Origin: Chiloscyllium plagiosum
Lineage: Eukaryota
Direction: 5' to 3'
Length of the DNA: 61,575 nt
Assembly (NCBI RefSeq): GCF_004010195.1
Contig: NC_057718.1
Coordinates: forward strand, 1,289,096-1,350,670
The position numbers were made by a program, and so were the translations under genes. The notes beneath the pieces are model-generated. The model saw nothing but the letters and a program-made list of their open reading frames with translations. It did not search any database and was not told the DNA's origin. Below, piece by piece: positions 14,356 through 26,010 of this stretch (position 1 is the first letter of the stretch; the number at the start of each line of letters is the position of its first letter).

Positions 14356-14462
14356 CCTTGCTCCACAATGAGCTGCTATCTCTTCAAATGGAGCTTTCTG
14401 AAACTTTTCCACCACTTGTCGTCGTCTCTCTCTCTCTTGCTCTTCCATGGCACCACCATCTA
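14356..14462 (-). CDS. EFR3B: EFR3B coding exon: VDGGAMEEQERERRRQVVEKFQKAPFEEIAAHCGAR
   Basis: Read manually: ggtcag|TA GAT...AGG|gtaagg, 107 nt; near-identical to EFR3B C-terminal segment. Confidence 0.96.
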
Positions 14463-15129
14463 CTGACCAATAAAGAAAACTAATCAGAGCAGCCAGTAAC
14501 ATTCACTCCCAGGTCTTGCTGCTGTTGAGCAATTGAAAATACTAGAAGCATGACCCTCTCAATTAGATACATTCACAAAGGAAAGGCCATATTCTACTCA
14601 TCCCTTTTGTAGATTTCCGATGGCTTTCATAATTCAGAACAGAATTAGAGGCTGAGATGTTCTGAGATGTTCAGACAGTGGATCGAAACAGGATTGCGTG
14701 TTTTAGGAAAGTATTGAATTATTTTGACACCAGCCCAAATTTTCTGTTAACAAAGATGACAAGATATGCAAACAATTTAGTTGATACTTATATAAAAGTA
14801 GGCAATGATATGGCAATGATGCATTCTCCATCATTTCTGCTCAGTTCCAATGACTCATGGTCACAAAACGACATCAGTAACTACTCACAAGGCAGTAATC
14901 AGCTGAAAGGAAAAAAGAACACAGTACTGAGGACAACAAAAACAGAAGTTGCTGGAAAAATTCAGCAGGTCTGCAGCATCTGTGAAGAGAAATCAGAGTT
15001 AACGATCCTCAAAACTGAAAGAGCTGGGAATGCTGTAAATCAGGAACAAAAAAAGATGTTGCCAGAAAAGCTCAGCAGATCTGGCAGCATTCGTAAAGAG
15101 AAATCAGTGTTAATGTTTTGGGTGTGGTG

Positions 15130-17390
15130 ACATAAGAACATAAGAACTAGGACAGGAGTAGGCCATCTGGCACTTTGAACCTGCTCCACCAATTGTGGTC
15201 TCAGCTCCACTTACCCACCCTCTCACCATAACCCTTAATTCCTTTACTGTGCAAACATTATCTATCTTAGCTTTCAGAATATTTACTGACAAAGCCTAAA
15301 CCACTTCACTGGGCATGGAATTGCATAGATTCACAACCCTCTGGGTGAAGAATGTTCTTCTCAATTCAGTCCTAAATCTGCTCCTCCTAATTTTGAGGCT
15401 ATGCCCTCTTGTCCTAGTTTCACCCACCAGTGTAAATTTTCTCTCCATCTCTATCTTATCTGTTCCCTTCATAATTGTATATGTTTCTATAAGATCCCCT
15501 TTCAATCTTCTAAATTCCATGAATATAATCCCAGTCTCCTCAGTCTCTCCTCATAAGACAACCCCTCAACTCTGGAGAAAGTGAGGACTTCAAATGCTAG
15601 AGAGCATAATCAAAAAGTGTGGTGCTGGAAGAGCACAGCCAGTCAGGCAGCATTCAAGGATCAGGAGAGTTGATGTTTCGAGCATGAGCTCTTCATCAGG
15701 AATGAAGAGTTTATGCTCGAAACGTCAACTCTCCTGCTCCTCAGATGCTGCCTGACTGGCTGTGCTTTTCCAGCACCACACATTTTGACCCTCAATGATG
15801 AAATTAACCTAGTGAACCTCCTTTGCACCCCCTCTAGTTTCAAGTAAAGAGACCAAAGCTGCACGCAGTACTCCAGCTGTAGCCTCACCAGCACTCAATA
15901 CAACTGCAACATACTCTCTCTTAATCCCTTTAGCAATGAAGGAAAAAGTTCCATTTGCCTTCTTAATTACCTGTTGCACCTGCAAACCAACCTTCTTGAA
16001 TCATGCACAAGGACACCCAGGTCCCTCTGCACAACAGTATGCTGCAATTTCTTGCCATTCAAGTAACAGGTCTTTTTAACTGTTATTCCTACCAAAATGG
16101 ATGACTTCACATTTATTAACATTGTACTGTAACTGTCAGACCTTTGCCAACTCATTTAAACAATCTATGTCCCTTTGCAAAGTTTCACAGTCCTCTGAAC
16201 ATTTTGCCCTACCACTCATTTTAGTGTCATCCGTAAACTTTGACACACTACATGTGGTCCCCAACTCCAAATCATCGATGAAACTTGAGAACAATTTCAG
16301 TCCCAACACTGATCCCTGAGGCAGACCACTGTTCACTAATTGCCAACCAGAATTGCATCCATTTATTCCTTCGCTGCTTCCTGTTGGTTAACCAATCCTC
16401 TATCCATGCTAATACATTACCCATAATGCCATGCATCTTTATCTTCTGCAGCAGCGTCTTGTGCGGCACCTTGTTGGATGCCTTTTGGAAATCTAGGTAC
16501 ACCACATCTACCGGGTCCCCATTGTCCACCGTGTTCATAATGTCTTCATAGAATTCCAAAAGATTAATTAAGCCTGACCTGTCCTTCATGAACCCATGCT
16601 GTGTCTGCCTAATAGACAATTTCAATTGAGATGCCTTGATAATAGACTCAAGCATTTTCCCCATTACAGAAGTTAAGATAACCTGTCTATAATTCCCCAT
16701 CTTTTGTATACCTTCCTTTTTAAACAGTGGCATCTCATTTGCTGTTTTTCAATCTGCTGGAACTGCCCAGAGTCCAGTGAATTTTGGAAAATTACCACAA
16801 GTGCATTTGCTATTTCTCCCACCATTTTCTTCTGGTACTCTGGGATGCAGTCCATCAAGACTAAGTGACTTGTCTATCCTTAGCTCCATTAGCTTGCCCA
16901 ACACTACCTCTTTCGTGATAATGATTGTTTCCAGGCCCTCAACTATCTTTGTTCATTGTCAATTACTGGCATGTTATAGTGTCCTCCACTGTGAAGACTG
17001 ACACAAAGTACCTGCTCAATGGCTCAGCCATTTCCTGACTAACATCATGACTAAATGCCACATCTCATCCTCGAAAGGACCAATGTTTACTTTATTCACA
17101 ATGTTTTGTTTGATATATTTATAGACACTTTTGCTATCTGTCTTTATATTCTAAGCTAGTTTCTTCTCATAATTTGTCTTATATCTTTCTCTATAGCTAT
17201 TTCTGTGGCTTTCTGTTGACCTTTAAAGCTTTCCCAATCTTCTAGTTTCCTACTGGTCTTGCCCACTTTGTAAGCCTTCTCTTTCAATTTGATAGCCTCC
17301 CTTATTTCCTTAGATGTCCATGGCAGATTACCCCTTTTCCTGCAGTCCTTCCTTTTCACTGGTGTATATCTTTGCTGACACTTCCTTATA
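15130..17390 (-). mobile_element. CR1 LINE ORF2 fragment with a small PLE-derived palindromic insertion (~15575-15790)
   Basis: ORFs 16272..16733 (YLDFQKA), 16136..16336 (PQGSVLG, FTDD), 15296..15520. Confidence 0.9.
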
Positions 17391-18399
17391 TCTCAAAAAC
17401 AGGAGTTGCTGGACAAACTGTGTTCTGAGGAAGGGTCACCAGACCCAAACGTTAATGCTTATTTCTCTGCAGATGCTGCCAGACCTGCTCAGCTTTTCCA
17501 GCAAATTATGCTTTTGCTTCTGACTTACAGCATTCGCAGTTATTTTGGTTTTGATAGTAGAGGTTGTTGGATAACTGAAATAAAAGTGCTGGAGAAACTC
17601 AGCAGGTCACACAACATTTGTGGAGAGAAAAGTATAATTAACAATTAGAGACTGACATGACTCTGAAACGCAATCATATTTGAATTGAGGTGTTAACTCT
17701 GTTTCTCTCCTTACAGATATTGTAAGAGCTTCTGAGTTCTTCAGCACTTCCTACTTTTGTATCAGCTGAAAGGGCTGAGCGATGCTTTTTCAACTGTTTC
17801 AAACATCCATTATTCACAGATTCTTTTCAGGTTGTCTCTAAGCAATATCAAACCTTGAAAGCAAACTATCCTGCAGGTCCTACATGTATAGCTGGTGACT
17901 GTTCAAATCACTGTTGTCATTAAGTTATTTTATTAGATTAGATTAGATTTGATTCCCGACAGTGTGGAAACAGGCCCTTCGGCCCAACAAGTCCACACCG
18001 ACCCTCCGAAGAGTAACCCACCCTCCTCTATCTCACGGTTTGACAGAGGAAACCCTGAAACATCAGCCAAACGACTGGGTACAGATGCTTTAAGATGCTT
18101 TATTCACCTGGAAATTTCACGAGCCTCCCCATGAGGAATAAAATGGCAGCATCTCATTCTTTTAGTGAATGGCATGGTTTCCTGAGTCACGGGCCTTGCA
18201 TGAATGGCCAGGGAGAGATGAGCAGTAAAAGGCTGTACTTTTTCAATGCACTACTCAGCAGTAACTAACAGCACAGTGCCATGAAATTGAAGTCTCATTC
18301 ACAAAGGAGATACCTTCAAGCCTTAATTTTGGAGTCACAGAGGGACATAGCTGGGTAGATCATCAGAGGTCAAGGTTTTATCTGCTGAACGCCACATTA

Positions 18400-18985
18400 C
18401 AAACTTACCTCGTGAGATCAGCGGCCTCCATTTTTGCAGCAGCAGCAGGAGTGGTGACAGCGAGAATTGGGGCTGCTGAGAAGGTAAATTAATCCTTTAA
18501 AAACTTACCTTGTGAGTCAGCGGCCTCCATTTTTACAGCAGCAGTGGGAGCGGTGAGGACCAGGGGGCTGCCGGAAGGGTAAATTAATCCTTTAGTAACT
18601 TATCTCATGAATAGTTGCAGCACATGCTGAACTGGAGCAGACACGGGAAGGCTGAGTAAGTGAGGTAATATATTTAGGCGATTGCTTTACCCGGAACACT
18701 ACTCAGGTAGTGTCTGTCATCCATCCTCCTCCTCTAATAAAAAAAAAGGTTCTGTGTACTGATTTGATAAGGTTACTCGCTTTTTCAACAGTGTCTTTGG
18801 GAATTCAGAACAGTGGAAATGGATGTTAGGGCAGTTACATGCTCCTCCTGTAAGATGTGGGAGGTAAGGGTCAGCACTAGTTCCCCACTGACTTGGTCTG
18901 CAGGAAGTGCACCCAGCTCTATCTCCTCAGAAACCGCATTAGGGACCTGGAGCTGGAGTGATTCTTGGATCATTCGGGAGGCTGA
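18400..18985 (+). mobile_element. CR1 5' UTR (tandem ~100-bp units) and ORF1 N-terminus
   Basis: Repeated AAACTTACCT..CAGCGGCCTCCATTTTT units, then MDVRAVTCSSCKMWEV (CxxC) and a frameshifted CxxC/coiled-coil typical of shark CR1 ORF1. Confidence 0.65.
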
Positions 18986-19351
18986 CTGCTTGTATACAAG
19001 TGTTAATTATTCGAATTTGCAGTAATGGAAATGATCTTCCTTCTCAGAAAGAATGATCACAACCAATTACTGCAGCAATGGACTTCCGTGTAGCTGTTGA
19101 AACTGACAATGACTCTGTAATGTTTTCTGTAAACAAACCATGCTATACAAACAAAGACTGGATACTAGAATATTATACTATGAAATGTATAAAATATCAT
19201 GACATGTGCTCCGAGGGGGAGAGAAGGCTCACAGCTGACAGCTGTGTTGCTGGACGTTTCTCTCTCTCCCTGGAGCTCCGGTTTCTTTGTCCAATAAACT
19301 CTGTTGTTGATTCCCAATTCTGATTCTGAACTGGTGATTTTCCCCACAACA
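18986..19351 (+). promoter_or_regulatory. ERV 5' LTR (5' boundary uncertain)
   Basis: TATAAAA at 19188-19194, AATAAA at 19293-19298, terminal ...CCCCACAACA immediately before the PBS. Confidence 0.75.
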
Positions 19352-19353
19352 AT

Positions 19354-19371
19354 TGGTGCTGCGAGCAGGGT
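19354..19371 (+). promoter_or_regulatory. Primer-binding site, tRNA-Ser
   Basis: TGGTGCTGCGAGCAGGGT, 2 nt after the LTR CA; 16/18 match to the complement of the recalled vertebrate tRNA-Ser(UGA) 3' end (TGGCGCAGCGAGCAGGGT). Confidence 0.75.
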
Positions 19372-20341
19372 GTCCTATTCTGGGGTGTTCTGGTCAAAAT
19401 CCCCGATTGGGGAATCGGGGTAAAAGACACTTTGAATCTGCAAACAGGAAGAACCTGGCCAGGCCAAAAACATAGTTTAAAGGGTACACCATTGTAACGA
19501 GTAACTTGTGCAATAGTACTGGCTTGTGTAGAAGTGTATGCCTGTGGCTGTAAGTGGGAAAGTGTACTAACTGGTGTGATGACCAGCTACTTGTGCTGAC
19601 ACAACCAGAGGACAAGGTAGTGCCTGCCTCAAAGCCCCTGCCCTAACCAGTTGTTAAGAGGGGTGGCCCCCCACCCATATGATGATTGGGAATTGAAATG
19701 GGAATTGAGGCGCTAAGGGCACTAGGAGTTCTGAAACACAAATGGCAAAGTCGGGTAACGTTGGACTCTGTAGGAGCGAGCAACGCAGAGTCCAGTTAGA
19801 ACCTGGTTGAAGGTTGGGTGCTGTCTGTTATTTTGTTTTAAGTTGAAGTGGTGAAGAAAAGGAGCTGACCACTCTGACCAAGAGTCAAACCCCAGTGGAG
19901 TAGCACGTTACCGAAGTAGGAAGTGTGGGACACTGTGAGTAACCGTGGTACCCTGTCAGTCGTAGTAGAACGACAGAGCTTGAATAGTGGCGGTGGCTGC
20001 GAGGGTTAAATGTCCCCCAATTAGAGAGCACACAAGGCTAGAGGTAGGTTTCTGGGCCTATTGGGCGGTGTTGGAACTGTAGAGGTGGCCAGGAGGATAA
20101 ATGAGTCCCGGTAGACAGCTCACCCTATTGAACCAACATTCCCAGCTGACTGGTAGGTACCGCCGAGTAGTGGTGGCCGGGAGGGTAGGGAAGTCCCACC
20201 GGTAGAGCGCACATCTTGCTCGGAGGCTGCTACAGCTGAACAGACGGTACTGGGACGGTATTAGTGGCCAGGGGGTAGAGAAGTCCCATTGGTTAAGGAC
20301 ACTTTACTGTTGGTGGTATCCAGGGGTACACAATCTATGAG

Positions 20342-21600
20342 ATGGCAGATCAGGATTTTAAAGGGGATACTGCAAGTTTCCCTTATTGAGAAATACAAGA
20401 CAGACAGAATCGCACTGACAGAGCAGATAAAGAAAGCGGGTTGGGACCCATCCCAGAAATTAGCACAGCAGCGGAATTGATTTGACAAAGTAAAACGAAA
20501 TAAAACTCAAAGGATTGGGCTAATGTTAGTGTACCAATTAGCAGGCCTAATTAAACAAGTAGGTGCCTCCACTAGCAGGTGGAGAAAAGACCAAGAATGA
20601 ATTGAGGAGCTGGAGGATAGGATAAAGGAGCTAGAGCAAAGATTAGAAAAAATACAGGAGGGAAGGGAGACTGACTCTCTCCCCTCCTACAAAACTGTAC
20701 AGCAGGGACCAACTGCTCCATCAGCAGAGCAGAGGTGCAAGAATATAATCTAGCTCCAGTCACTAGAGGGGAACAGAGTTGCAGCCGAAAGCAAACTATA
20801 AACCCTTTACCCTAGGAGAAAGGCAACAGATCATGACCTCCCTGGGCAAAATACAGCCCCAAAGTACAAACACGAGGTTCTGGGAAGAGCTAGACAGTAT
20901 ATGGGTAGGGCACAAACTCACCATTAGGTAGATGGCAGGCCCAAAGCCACAGCAGCCCGAGAATATAGGGGGGAACGGTGGCTACATGCTGTTGCCCTTA
21001 CAGCTGAGATAGATGCTCAGCAGCTCCCCCACACCCATTTTAACGAATAGATCCAGCGGGTATTAGGAAATACTCCCAAGAACTGGAGCAAAATCATGAC
21101 CACGAAACATGGTCATGGTCCTTTAAAGGGAAAGGAGCCTCTGAGTATGGGGAACGATTACTTAGGACAAGCAAACCCAGATTGGGCATTCATTCAGGCT
21201 TTTAGAGACAGGCTCTCTAGCACCCATCAATCCATCCTCAAAATGGGAGTGATAATGTCCCAAAATTATGATGACCTGGTAGAGTGGGCTAGCAGGGTGC
21301 AGGAGGCAGAAGCTCCCGCAATAAAAACAAAACCTGACAGAGTAGCCTCTCAGAACAGATGCAAAGGCAGAACCAAATTATCCTGCCACAACTGTGGCTC
21401 ACAAGGACACTTTGTCAGAGACCATACAGCCCCACAGGACAAGGAACAGTGTAAATTACTGCAGCCATGTAATAGAGCAGGTCATACAGAGGCACTGTGC
21501 TGGGGAAAGCATGGGGGAACCCCCAAACAACACCTGGAACACCACGGAACCACGGGACCCCCCGAGTTCTGCAGAGCTGACAACCAGCTGCCTCCGGTTG
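20342..21600 (+). pseudogene. gag: ERV gag, frameshifted and with stops
   Basis: Probable start MADQDFKG; coiled-coil IEELEDRIKELEQRLEK; knuckles CHNCGSQGHFVRD(H) and frameshifted YCSH/CNRAGHTEALC. Confidence 0.75.
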
Positions 21601-22560
21601 TAAGGGCAAGGGAGAGGGGAGAGTTTACGTCCCGCAGTAGTTGGAGGTAGAAAGTGTAAGATGTTGGTAGACACAGGAGTGGCCGTATCTATCACCAACT
21701 TACCCTTACTACATATCAATAAAATGATCCACCTTACCGGGGTAGGAGGGGATAAGACACCCACTTACTTAAGTGAGACCACCCTCATGAAAATCAATAA
21801 CATATACATACCTGAGATTTTATGTGTGTGCAAAAATAATGAAAGCACCATAATGGGTACTGATCTCATAAAGGAATACAAAGTCTTGACTGACTGTGCA
21901 AAAGGAAAATTGATCTGGCCAAATCAGGATGGTTGAAAGACCGAGATTGGGAAACTCACAAGTCACCTCGAGACTATTAAAGTAGCTACAGCCACCAGTA
22001 GGGACTGGAACCATGAAAAGGTGGGATTCAGAGCTATCTGTGCCTCCGTTCCCAAGGCATGGGCAGAGACAATACTAGACACAGGCTTAGTCAAGGTAGA
22101 CCCTATAATGGTGCCCGGACCGCAGCATAAACCCCACCGGCAGTACCCAATCAAGCCTAAGCAGAGAAAGCAGTAATGGAGATTGTTAAAGGACTAGTAA
22201 AACAGGGAATCCTGAGAGAAACCACAGGTACAACCAATTCCCCAACATGACCAGTAATAAAGCCCGATGGGAGCTAAAGACTCACAATTTTGTATACGGG
22301 GCTAAACAAGGTCACACCTAAATTGCATCCCATTGTAGCAGACCCCTCAACAATTCAAAACGGATTGGTCCCCAAGTACAAAATTTTCACAGTATTAGAC
22401 ATAACCAATGGATTCTGGTCCATCCCACTATACTCTGGATCCCAGATAAATTTGCCTTCACAGTAAGGACTGGCAGTACATGTGGACTTGCCTGCCACAG
22501 GGCTTCCACAACAGCCCCACTAGTTTTCACCGAGTGATGAGCGACAACCTCGACAAAATA

Positions 22561-23094
22561 GATTTCCCAGAAGGGAGCACTGCCCTACAATACGTGGACA
22601 ATATGCTGATTTACCAGAAGGGAGCACTCTGCCCTACAATACGTGGACGATATCCTGATTTACCAGAAGGGAGCACTCTGCCCTACAATACGTGGACGAT
22701 ATCCTGATTTACCAGAAGGGAGCACTCTGCCCTACAATACGTGGACGATATCCTGATTTACCAGAAGGGAGCACTCTGCCCTACAATACGTGGACGATAT
22801 GCTGATTTACCAGAAGGGAGCACTCTGCCCTACAATACGTGGACAATATCCTGATTTACCAGAAGGGAGCACTCTGCCCTACAATACGTGGACGATATCC
22901 TGATTTACCAGAAGGGAGCACTGCCCTACAATACGTGGACAATATCCTGATTTACCAGAAGGGAGCACTCTGCCCTACAATACGTGGACGATATCCTGAT
23001 TTACCAGAAGGGAGCACTGCCCTGCAATATGTGGACGATATCCTGATTTCCCAGAAGGGAGCACTGCCCTACAATACGTGGCGATATCCTGATT
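22561..23094 (+). repeat. 11-copy 46-49-bp minisatellite spanning the RT YVDD motif
   Basis: Unit GATTT(A/C)CCAGAAGGGAGCACT(CT)GCCCTACAATACGTGGACGATATCCT, counted directly. Confidence 0.97.
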
Positions 23095-23861
23095 GCTTCG
23101 GAGTCCGAATCAGGACACGAGGAAGCGTTATACCTTGTGTTGCACGAGCTGGCAGCAGCAGGGTTAGAGGTCAGCCATGCAAAAGCACAATTTGGATAAG
23201 CATAAGTCCTATGCCTGGGACACCTTATATCCCAGGGACTCGAGGAAATGCCAAGTGACCGAAAGAAGACAATTCAGCAAATGCCACGACCTGTTACTGT
23301 AAGGGGAGTCAGAAAGGTCTTGGGGCTATTCAACTATAGCCGGAGCTTTATACCAGATTTCGCAAAATTGGCTGAACCGATTCAAAAACAAATCAAAGGG
23401 GCAAGCCCACCTTGGAACCTGTCACCTGGGGACCAGAACAGGAAGAGGTTTACAGTGAGCTAAAAACTCGGTTAATATCAGCCCCTGGGCTATGGCTGCC
23501 AGATCCCAGTAAAGACTTGGACATACACTGTAATAATGAGGGATGATTTTACTCCCCAGTGGTCACACAGGACCACAGAAGCAGCAGAAGACCCGTGGGG
23601 TATTACTTACCACAGAAGGGCCAGTAGGCACTGGGCTGCCCAGACGCATAGTGGCCTTAGACTGTGCTGCTTGGGCCGTGAGGGTTAGCGAACCAATTCT
23701 AATGGCAGGGAATGTCATCCCCCACACCAAACACACCCGAGTGGAAATGTTAAACACTGGGAAGCTGAAGGGCTGTCTCCAATATGTGAAGGGCAAAGTG
23801 GGAGGCAGCTGTCCTCCAACCAAGTCAGTACATGGTAATAGTTAGGGATATGGGAGAAAAA

Positions 23862-24007
23862 GCTGAAAATGTGTTGCTGGAAAAACGCAGCAGGTCAGGC
23901 AGCATCCAGGGAACAGGAAAATCGACGTTTCGGGCACAAGCCCTTCTTCAGTAATGAGCTCTTCTTCAGCTCTGATCTCCAGCATCTGCAGACCTCATTT
24001 TCTCCTC
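23862..24007 (-). mobile_element. Short PLE terminal-repeat insertion in ERV pol, with 14-bp TSD
   Basis: TSD ATATGGGAGAAAAA at 23848-23861 and 24008-24021; carries a hammerhead-like CTGAAGAAGGGC..GCCCGAAACGTC on the minus strand. Confidence 0.85.
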
Positions 24008-25339
24008 ATATGGGAGAAAAACCCAGCTGAGGGAATTCTGGACACATAAGAACTGCACAATTGCGGAGACATAGATGGGGATGAAGATGGGGTAGGGTAA
24101 AGGATACCCCCTAGACACAGCCGGGGAGACCCTCTTCGTGGATGGGTCATGGAAATATATAGCAGGGTCGCCCCGCACAGGATGGTCTGTGGTAAACAAT
24201 AAACTAGAGACCGTAATGTCAGGAAGAATTGAGGAAGTCAGTCTGCACAAGTAGTAGAGATAATAGCGCTAAACAAAGCATTTGAGCTGTCGAAGGGGAG
24301 AATTGTGAACGTTTATATAGATATCCAACATGCCTTCAGAGTTGTACATGACTACCACCATCAAACACCAGTTGAGAATCCAAGCACTGCTGAGCACCAG
24401 AGAACAGCCAAAAGAGGCTGCAGTAATAAAAATCAAAGAACACCAAAAGGAGCCAGGGAAAGACAGTCCAGGCTGGCTGAAATTTAAAGGGAACCAAGCC
24501 GCAGACTGAGCAGCCCAGCGAGCCTTAGAGCAGGAAACCGTCGATGAGGGTCTAATAGTAACAATTGCACTAGCGACAGGTGCCATTCACATACAGCAGC
24601 TGCAGGAGGACACCCTGCAGAAGGGGAAAGAGAGATGGAAAATGCAGGGAGCACTTAAAGGGGAGGACGGTGTCTGGAGGCGAGTGGACAAGGTGGTAGC
24701 ACCAGCGAGCATTAAAAACACCTTGCTCGGGCTGCATCATGGGCTCTGACGTACAGGCAGGGAAGCTATGATAGCAAGTCTAGGGAGAGAGTGGTGGTGG
24801 AAGGGAATGGGAAGAGATATAGCCAATCACTGCCGCAGGTGCATGGTTTGCACACAGCACAACCCAGGTAGACCCATAAAAGTTCGGATGGGTCACCAAC
24901 CAAGGTCAAGGGGACCCTGGGAACACCTCCAAATGGATTTCACAGGGCCACTACCACCTTCCCGTAGGAAAACATACTGCCTGGTTATCATGGACCAATT
25001 CACCCGGTGGGTAGAGGCATTCCCCACCAAATACTGTACTGCTAGTAGTAGTGGATGGAAAGTGTTCCGCCTGGGGATCAGTAACCAGTAGTGTCTCGGT
25101 GACATGGTGTGGGCTGGTGTAGCCCAGAGTGGAACACTCTCGGTGACATGGCATGGTGTGCTCCTTTGATGCTGCCTGACCTGCTGTGCTTTTCCAGCAC
25201 CACACTCTCGACTCTAATCTCCAGTATCTGCAGTCCTCACTTTTGCCCATGGACAGCGTCCCACTCCGGGCTACCCCAGCTCATGCCATGTTATAAAGCT
25301 CCAGGCGTCAACAGCCCACATCATGCCGCAGAGTTTGAA

Positions 25340-26010
25340 TGATTGATTCATTCATTTATTGTCACATGTACCAAAGTACAGTGAAAATCTTTGTTTACGA
25401 GCAGTACAAGCAGATCATAATAAGCAAGGATGTACAGTTCAAAATATCTGAGACAGAGGCATACAAATTACACTGCTTATCGAGGCTAGCAAGTCAATTC
25501 ATCCGTCTAATATTGGCTGGGAAGAAGCTGTTTCTGAACCTGCTGTTGCATGCGTTCAGGCTTCTGTGTCTTCTGCCTGACGGAAGAGGTCGTAGGTGAT
25601 CATCACTGGAGTGTCGGTGTTGACAGCCTTTCTGTGGCAGCAAGCCATGTAAATAGAGCCCATAAATGGAAGGTTGTCTTCTGTGATGGCCTGGGCTGTG
25701 CACACCACCTTCTATACTTTCTTACGGTCCTGGGAAGAGACGTTGCCATACCAGGCCATTATGCACCTGGACAGTATGGTTTCAATGGTGCATCTGTGAA
25801 AGTTGGTGAGGGTCCTTATGGATGTGCCAAATTTCCTGAGCTGTCTGAGGAAGAAGAGGTGTTGTTGTGCCTTCTTGACCATCGCATCTACGTGGGAAGT
25901 CCAGGACAGGTTGTCAGTTATGGTCACTCTGAGGAACTCGATGGTGTTGATCCTCTCAACCTTAGTTCCATTGATGTAGATGGGGACATGTTTTCCTCCT
26001 TTCTTTCCAA
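25340..26010 (-). mobile_element. Rex1/Babar-type LINE 3' fragment
   Basis: ITDNLSWTSH..KKAQQHLFFLRQLRKF, LPSGRR, RFRNSFFP motifs. Confidence 0.85.

Larger units (their letters stand above)
18986..25052 (+). mobile_element. Degraded endogenous retrovirus (partial 5' LTR, PBS, gag-pro-pol; truncated within integrase; no env or 3' LTR)
   Basis: LTR end/PBS junction, CCHC knuckles, LVDTG protease, RT (LDITNGFW, LPQGFHNSP, YVDD), tether + retroviral RNase H (LFVDGS), integrase (HHCC, WEHLQMDF, DQFTRWVEAFP). Confidence 0.93.
21604..25052 (+). pseudogene. pol: ERV pro-pol (protease, RT, tether, RNase H, integrase N-terminal half), disrupted
   Basis: ORFs 21661..21936, 22480..22707, 23248..23463, 23543..23845, 24768..25091 plus manual translation between them. 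Confidence 0.92.

Noticed and set aside
14678..15130. 150-aa plus-strand ORF
   Set aside because: No recognisable motif; its 3' half runs through PLE terminal-repeat fragments; antisense within an intron.
22561..23094. CRISPR-like appearance of the 47/49-bp array (and of the 30-bp satellite)
   Set aside because: Head-to-tail repeats with no unique spacers and no cas genes, in a vertebrate genome; the 47/49-bp unit is retroviral RT sequence.
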